NCBI GenBank assembly: GCA_041665345.1
Contig: JBAYJA010000001.1
Coordinates: 521,206-585,205, forward strand
Length of the DNA: 64,000 nt
Direction: 5' to 3'
Source: Patescibacteria group bacterium
GTDB taxonomy: Bacteria; Patescibacteriota; Patescibacteriia; PEXW01
The notes below the pieces were generated by a model. The model saw only the letters and a list, made by a program, of their open reading frames with translations. It searched no databases and was not told where the DNA came from. Of this stretch, positions 58,709 through 64,000 are shown in pieces; the first letter of the stretch is position 1; every line of letters starts with the position of its first letter. A program made the translations under genes and the position numbers.

Positions 58709-58838
58709 GGCGGTCGGCATGGAGGCTCGTTAGGTCAGAGGGTATGGAAGAAGGTTTTTTAGGATACATTGCATTTTCTGAGACTCTACCCTCGGCCGTA
58801 CAACCTAACTAGCCTCCACACCCACTAACCACGTCGCC
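58709..58838 (-). ncRNA. Candidate long-hairpin ncRNA
   Basis: TGGAGGCTCGTTAGGT / ACCTAACTAGCCTCCA and GAGGGTA / TACCCTC stems; G-U extension favours the minus strand. Confidence 0.4.
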
Positions 58839-58919
58839 ATACCTTTCCCCTTGCATGCATCGGCTATTCAGCGTACACTAGTAGCCTTTGGGCAACTCCT
58901 GCCTGGTATCTGCATTCTT

Positions 58920-59438
58920 ATGGCGAAACCTTCATTTTCACGACGTCCAGGCGGTAAACGCCCAGCTGGGAAGTTTGGGGGTCGGGATCGGAGTGTGGAT
59001 AGCACAATGCACTTGGCAACCTGCGCGAATTGCGGTGACTCATGTGAGGTACCGTTTTTGCCAAAGGGGAAAAAGCCCGTGTACTGTAACAAGTGCTTTA
59101 AGCAATTTGGGAAAGGTGAAGGGGAGGAGACATTTGCGGATGAACCCCGGCTGTACCCGGCAACCTGTGGCAATTGCGGCAATGAATGCACGGTACCTTT
59201 CCGGCCTGTGCAGGGTAAACCAGTCTTTTGCAAAAACTGCTTTGGGAAGTACAAAGGTAGCCCCGGCCAAGCAGATGGCGGAAATATGCAGGAGCAAATG
59301 GACCGCATCAATATGAAGTTAGATAACATTCTCCGGGTTTTGGCTGCTCGGCCCACCCGGCCTGCCGCACCAACGCGGGATTACCCCCGCACCGGAAAGA
59401 ATTCTGGCTGGCGAAAAGACAACAAGAAGCGATTCTAA
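58920..59438 (+). CDS. CxxC-x17-CxxC domain protein (two copies of the domain)
   Basis: CANCG..CEVPF.P...PVYCNKCF repeated; promoter TTGCAT-17-TACACT. Confidence 0.88.
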   Translation: MAKPSFSRRPGGKRPAGKFGGRDRSVDSTMHLATCANCGDSCEVPFLPKGKKPVYCNKCFKQFGKGEGEETFADEPRLYPATCGNCGNECTVPFRPVQGKPVFCKNCFGKYKGSPGQADGGNMQEQMDRINMKLDNILRVLAARPTRPAAPTRDYPRTGKNSGWRKDNKKRF

Positions 59439-59450
59439 GTCTCTTCCTGT

Positions 59451-59711
59451 ATGTACGTCCTTTACGTTGTTCGGTGCGCAGACGCAACTCTGTACACCGG
59501 TATTACCGTAGACATTTCCCGCCGGATTACTGAGCATAATACCTCCAGCAAAGGCGCGCGGTACACACGCAGCAGACGGCCTGTGCGTTTGGTATATGTA
59601 AAGAAGTACCGAACGCGTTCCACGGCAACCAAGGCCGAATTGCAATTCAAGCAGCTTTCTCGCAATGAAAAGTTGCAGCTTATCAAGCAGGCAAAGCGAA
59701 AAGCAAAGTAG
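59451..59711 (+). CDS. GIY-YIG nuclease, UPF0213-like
   Basis: LYVVRCAD.TLYTGIT, HN...GARYTRSRRPV. Confidence 0.9.
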   Translation: MYVLYVVRCADATLYTGITVDISRRITEHNTSSKGARYTRSRRPVRLVYVKKYRTRSTATKAELQFKQLSRNEKLQLIKQAKRKAK

Positions 59712-59726
59712 AGTATACTGTGCGAT

Positions 59727-60077
59727 ATGAGCACGAGGACGGAAACCATAACTTACCTTTTGGACCAGCTCACTGGCTTGCCGGACATTGCCGCGCGAAA
59801 AATGTTTGGGGAATATGCTCTGTACTGCAATGGGAAGGTTGTTGCATTGGTGTGTGATGACCAACTTTTTGTAAAAATCACTGAACCTGGAAAAGGTTTC
59901 ATTGGCAAGGAATATGAAGAAGGTGAGGCATATCCTGGGGCAAAACCTTCCATGCGGATCAGTGAGGAATTGCTGGAAGATCGGCAGTGGTTTGGTAAAC
60001 TCATTCAGCTTACGGCAGATGCATTGCCAATGCTAAAATCAAAGCCGAAAAAGTTGGCAAGGGGCCCTCGTTCGTAG
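59727..60077 (+). CDS. TfoX/Sxy N-terminal domain protein
   Basis: RKMFGEYALY, ALVCDDQLFVK, YPGAKP. Confidence 0.88.
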   Translation: MSTRTETITYLLDQLTGLPDIAARKMFGEYALYCNGKVVALVCDDQLFVKITEPGKGFIGKEYEEGEAYPGAKPSMRISEELLEDRQWFGKLIQLTADALPMLKSKPKKLARGPRS

Positions 60078-60101
60078 TTTTCAGGACTTTTCTTTGTCCA
60101 T

Positions 60102-60785
60102 ATGCGCAAAGTTGCAATTTTCGACATTGACGGCACTATCTTCCGTTCCAGCCTACTCATTGAGGTCACCAATGCTTTGATTGCCGAAGGAGTGTTTCCT
60201 GCATCAACAAGAAAAATGTACCAGAAGCCATTTGAAAATTGGCTGAACCGCAAAGCTGGGTATGACAAGTACATTGCCGCGGTGGTCAAGGCTTTTGATA
60301 AGCATATCCAGGGAGTAGAGCGCGCTGTCTTTCTCCGCATTGCGCAGAAAGTTTTGGACTACCAAAGCCACCGGGTGTACCGGTATACTCGTGACCTCAT
60401 TACTACCCTGCGAAAGCGGGGCTACTTTCTGCTGGCCATTTCTCACTCGCCCAAAGACATGGTGGACGCATTCACCAAGCACTGGGGATTTTCCAAAGTG
60501 TATGGTCGTATTTTTGAACTTGATAGCCAAAATTGTTTTACTGGAAAAATTTTGTACCGCGAACTTATTGATGACAAAGCCACAATACTACAACGAGCAA
60601 TTTCCAAGGAGAAGCTCTCGCTGAAAAGTTCCATTGGTGTTGGAGATTCGGAAGGGGACATACCCATGCTGAAAATGGTTGAGCAGCCTATTTGCTTTAA
60701 TCCAAACGCTGTCCTCTACAAGGAAGCAAAGAAGCGGGGTTGGGAAATTGTGGTGGAGCGGAAGGATGTGATTTACGTTTTATAG
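60102..60785 (+). CDS. HAD-IB family phosphatase
   Basis: FDIDGT, ISHS, K, VGDSEGD. Confidence 0.9.
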   Translation: MRKVAIFDIDGTIFRSSLLIEVTNALIAEGVFPASTRKMYQKPFENWLNRKAGYDKYIAAVVKAFDKHIQGVERAVFLRIAQKVLDYQSHRVYRYTRDLITTLRKRGYFLLAISHSPKDMVDAFTKHWGFSKVYGRIFELDSQNCFTGKILYRELIDDKATILQRAISKEKLSLKSSIGVGDSEGDIPMLKMVEQPICFNPNAVLYKEAKKRGWEIVVERKDVIYVL

Positions 60786-60792
60786 TGCAATG

Positions 60793-60821
60793 AAAAGGCC
60801 TCGTTATGTAACGAGGCCTTT
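60793..60821. terminator. Bidirectional intrinsic terminator
   Basis: AAAAGGCCTCGTTA-TG-TAACGAGGCCTTT. Confidence 0.8.
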
Positions 60822-60841
60822 AACGAGCAAGTCGAAATTGT

Positions 60842-61165
60842 TTATGCGGTCGGCGTACCGTTATTAGGTGCGGCATTGAGCTTCGCAAGGTGGATTGAAA
60901 TCACCTGTTGAACCTCAGAGCAGATTGATGGCCATGGAACAAGCGAAGTGCGTTCGATACGCACTTTGTACCGATCAACCTTCACGTCCTGAACGCCGTG
61001 GATTTTTGAAATCTCGATTACGAGATTTTCTGACGGTTCTGATGATTTCTGGTCAATCAGTTTGAGATGGTGTGCACGGTCTGAAAGTTGGACATTTGTG
61101 CTCAACCAGGCGACAGTGTATAGTTCGCCGTTTTGATCCCATGAAAATTGATGAATGCATGGCAT
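60842..61165 (-). CDS. Nfu/NifU N-terminal-like domain protein
   Basis: IHGVQDVKVDRYKVRIER....W..I...V; GGAGG SD before ATG at 61165; the track's TTG start is the -35 box (TTGACA-17-TAGTAT). Confidence 0.55.
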   Translation of the reverse strand: MPCIHQFSWDQNGELYTVAWLSTNVQLSDRAHHLKLIDQKSSEPSENLVIEISKIHGVQDVKVDRYKVRIERTSLVPWPSICSEVQQVISIHLAKLNAAPNNGTPTA

Positions 61166-61354
61166 TTGTAAAGAACCTCCTGTGCGCAATAGGGTTGCGC
61201 GTTCCCATCTTGAATCGATACCGAACACACTTATGGTCGCACGTTCAAGACTGCCTATACTAGCGCATGCAATGTGTATTGTCAAGGCTTACGTGCTCTG
61301 AGTATCACAAAACAAGGAAATTCTTGTTATGATAAAAAGTGATAGAATAATGTT

Positions 61355-62131
61355 ATGTCCGACTACTACAACCCCCAAAGAACCAAAAATCTCTACGACC
61401 CCAAAAGTCCAGCGCCGTTCCGACTCTCTCGTTCAAAAATAGATTTGTATTTAGAGTGTCCACGCTGCTTCTACCAAGACCGTCGCTTGGGCGTGGGTCG
61501 GCCACCGGGGTTTCCTTTCAGCTTGAATAGTGCAGTGGATGAACTGCTAAAGCGGGAATTTGACGTGCACCGTGCCAAAGGTACCAAGCACCCGCTGCAG
61601 AAGAAGTACAAAATCAATGCCAAACCCATGGCGCATGAGAAGCTGGACGAGTGGCGTGATTCCCTTCGGCGGGGTATTACGTTCCACCATTCGCTTACAA
61701 ACTTCCTCATTACTGGTGGCATTGACGATCTCTGGGTCAAACCCAAGGGTGAGTTGATCATCGTTGACTACAAAGCCACATCAAAAAAAGAAGAAGTGAA
61801 CCTGGATGCGGATTGGCAAATTGGCTACAAGCGGCAAATGGAAGTGTACCAATGGTTGTTCCGGCAAAATGGCTTTACCGTTTCAGACACCGGGTACTTT
61901 GTGTACTGCAATGGGGACAGTGATGCAAAAGCTTTTGATGCAAAGCTGGAATTTACCATCAAGCTCATACCCTACGTCGGGAAGACAGACTGGGTTGAGC
62001 CAACGTTACTGGATGCGTACCGATGCTTGCAGTCAAATGACCTTCCTGCAGCTGGAGCAGGCTGCGACTACTGTCGGTACGTTGGTGCTATTACGCAAAT
62101 ACGCTCAGCGAAAGGCAAAAGCGGGTTATGA
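61355..62131 (+). CDS. PD-(D/E)XK nuclease, RecB/AddB/Cas4-like
   Basis: LSRSKI, ECPRCFY, GGIDD, IVDYKAT, QMEVY, CDYC. Confidence 0.85.
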   Translation: MSDYYNPQRTKNLYDPKSPAPFRLSRSKIDLYLECPRCFYQDRRLGVGRPPGFPFSLNSAVDELLKREFDVHRAKGTKHPLQKKYKINAKPMAHEKLDEWRDSLRRGITFHHSLTNFLITGGIDDLWVKPKGELIIVDYKATSKKEEVNLDADWQIGYKRQMEVYQWLFRQNGFTVSDTGYFVYCNGDSDAKAFDAKLEFTIKLIPYVGKTDWVEPTLLDAYRCLQSNDLPAAGAGCDYCRYVGAITQIRSAKGKSGL

Positions 62132-62191
62132 GTTCGTGAGTGGTAGGGGAGGGGAAAAAGCAGTACACTTACAGTACTTCGCATTTTTTTC

Positions 62192-63067
62192 ATGGCTATG
62201 CCAGACACCCACGAGCACCATGCTCCATACCGAAAAACTATATTCTGGTGGGTTTTCTTTACCTTCCTTTTCATTGGCTTCATTGCCAGCGGAACACTCT
62301 ATCTCATCCGAACGAAGTACATTTTTAGCGAAACGCAGAAAGAGCTACAACAAATTGCGATAAACGTCGTTCAAGGAGTTCCTGCAGTTGTGCATGAGTC
62401 CCTGCAAAAGCCCGAAGATCAAAAAGAGAGCGGCTACGCGCAAATTGAAAGCTACTTTCAATCAGTGATGAAAGGGAATCCGGCTATCGATGATATTTAC
62501 ACACTCCGCCCAACTGCCAATGCGCATACCATGACTTTTGTGGTGAGTGGTAAAGGATCAACCGACGCAGATGGGAATGGCACCATTGATAATGATGAAG
62601 TGAAAGCCATGCTGGGTGAAGAGTATGACACTACTGAACTTCCGGAGCTTGAAGCAGGTCTACTCGCTCCATCCGTAGACCCAGCGTTCACCTATGATAA
62701 GTGGGGTACGTGGCTTTCTGGGTACGCGCCGCTGAAGAATGCTGAGGGGACGTCCATTGCTGTTCTGGGGATTGACTTGTCAGCCAGTACAGTGAACGAA
62801 CAGCGCTGGCAAGTACTTCGCTCCATTGGATATGCAGATTTGATCATTTTTCCAATCGTCCTCATCATCTCCTTGCTCCTGGCTTGGCGGATAAGTAAAC
62901 CATTTACCATTCTAGCGCAGGGGATGGATCGGGTAACCCATGGGGATCTCAACTTTCACTTGCCAGTAACTGGAAATCGGGAAGAGAAGCATTTCCGAGA
63001 ACTCTTCAATGGTATGCTTTCGGCTTTTGAAACTGCCCGTGCAAAGCCACCGAAGAAAAACTCATAG
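62192..63067 (+). CDS. Membrane sensor: TM, Cache-like domain, TM, HAMP; no output domain
   Basis: DKWGTWLSGYAP..VLGID; ISKPF.IL...MDRV..GDL...LPV; stop shortly after the HAMP domain. Confidence 0.8.
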   Translation: MAMPDTHEHHAPYRKTIFWWVFFTFLFIGFIASGTLYLIRTKYIFSETQKELQQIAINVVQGVPAVVHESLQKPEDQKESGYAQIESYFQSVMKGNPAIDDIYTLRPTANAHTMTFVVSGKGSTDADGNGTIDNDEVKAMLGEEYDTTELPELEAGLLAPSVDPAFTYDKWGTWLSGYAPLKNAEGTSIAVLGIDLSASTVNEQRWQVLRSIGYADLIIFPIVLIISLLLAWRISKPFTILAQGMDRVTHGDLNFHLPVTGNREEKHFRELFNGMLSAFETARAKPPKKNS

Positions 63068-63072
63068 CGACT

Positions 63073-63678
63073 ATGCCAATTGTGCAGCACACATCTTGGG
63101 AAGATATCTACCAATTTGGGAACCTGCAATCTGCATCGTGGTTTCGGAGTGATGTGGATCCAGATATTGAGAAGGCGGTAACAACCTACGGGCAGAAAGG
63201 TGGACGGGTGCTGGACGTTGGCTGTGGCATGGGCATGCAAACTATAGCCTTGGCAAAGCTTGGCTATCCAGCGACTGGAATAGACGTATCACCAACAGCC
63301 ATTCACCACGCCCGTCAGCTGGCCGAGCGTGAGGGTGTGGAAGTAACTTTCACCGTTGCAAATTTTTTGCACGCACGTTTTCCAGAACCCTTTTCCATTA
63401 TTTTAGACCGAGCAGTGCTGCAGGGTTTTAGCGTGCATGAGCACGAACTGTACATGGAGGCGTTGCAACATGCCTGTAGCGCCAGCGGCATTGTCATCGT
63501 TAAGACGCTGCACCAGCAATCCCAGAAAAGTGTTGGTCCACATGGGTATGACGAGGAAGCGTTGAAAGCTTTGTTCGCGCCAGCCTTTTCTTTGGAAAAC
63601 ATTTGGGAATGCAGTTTTAGCGGACACCCCAACGCCCCAAAGAATGCGCTCTGCGCTATTCTCCGTCGTGAAGCGTAA
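63073..63678 (+). CDS. Class I SAM-dependent methyltransferase
   Basis: VLDVGCGMG, GIDVSPTAI, ILDRAVL. Confidence 0.9.
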   Translation: MPIVQHTSWEDIYQFGNLQSASWFRSDVDPDIEKAVTTYGQKGGRVLDVGCGMGMQTIALAKLGYPATGIDVSPTAIHHARQLAEREGVEVTFTVANFLHARFPEPFSIILDRAVLQGFSVHEHELYMEALQHACSASGIVIVKTLHQQSQKSVGPHGYDEEALKALFAPAFSLENIWECSFSGHPNAPKNALCAILRREA

Positions 63679-63683
63679 GGACA

Positions 63684-64000
63684 GTGGAGAGCGATCAATT
63701 TCACGCTATTGTTCTGGAGGCATGGGAAGCGCTTCCGGCACGGTTTCGGGAACGCATTCACAATGTTGCGATCGTCGTTGAGCCGGTTGGCCGCACGCCA
63801 GTTGGTTTTGAGCATGGGATTGCCAGAGGTTCCATACTCTTGGGTTTATACCAGGGCATTCCCTTGAACCGGCGGAGCGAAGGCTATAGCGGTGTGCTAC
63901 CAGACCGGATTACCCTTTTCCAAGAAGCTATTCAGCAGGTTGCGCAAGGGGATGATCACCTCGTTCGGCAAGTAGTGGAAGATGTGCTACTGCATGAAGT
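63684..64000 (+). CDS. Zincin_1-type metallopeptidase (3' truncated; not in ORF track)
   Basis: Translated by hand: LLGLYQGIPL, LPDRITLFQ, VLLHE at the window end. Confidence 0.85.
   Translation, partial: MESDQFHAIVLEAWEALPARFRERIHNVAIVVEPVGRTPVGFEHGIARGSILLGLYQGIPLNRRSEGYSGVLPDRITLFQEAIQQVAQGDDHLVRQVVEDVLLHE

Noticed and set aside
61355-62131. Cas4/CRISPR system
   Set aside because: No repeat-spacer array or other cas genes; treated as a solo PD-(D/E)XK nuclease

Overview
Bacterial chromosome window, most likely from a Patescibacteria/CPR (Parcubacteria/ABY1-like) genome. This is an inference from the short AlaRS, the alpha-CTD-less RpoA, the fermentative ACD + KorAB genes, the SD-less housekeeping genes and the CPR-type hypotheticals. 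1-31.7 kb is mostly core: tandem gpmI, an ABC exporter, acetate-CoA ligase, korAB, recJ, rnhA, alaS, the infA-rpmJ-rpsMKD-rpoA-rplQ-rplM-rpsI cluster and flippase/GT genes. It is interrupted by an AT-richer operon (FGase-like amidohydrolase, MtxX/Mmp4-like protein, split PEP-synthase-like dikinase). 31.7-64 kb is an accessory mosaic of small genes: an OLD-family nuclease, a VHL-domain lipoprotein, M23-like lipoproteins, VOC/DUF1801/SRPBCC genes, an RND pump, a Phd-Doc-type TA pair and nucleases. The most notable unexplained signals are: (i) a locus at 42.4-44.4 kb with two tandem homologous, covarying ~125-nt structured RNAs carrying terminators, a second repeated hairpin family bracketing a PadR-STAS pair, and a possible stand-alone alpha-CTD-like protein; (ii) the MtxX/split-dikinase operon; (iii) a GIY-YIG ORF bracketed exactly by 16-bp inverted repeats; (iv) two distinct gene-expression grammars (SD-less or leaderless core genes versus SD + TTGACA-promoter orphan genes). 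I recognised no rRNA, tRNA, CRISPR array or transposase. All family calls come from motif recognition by eye, not from database searches.
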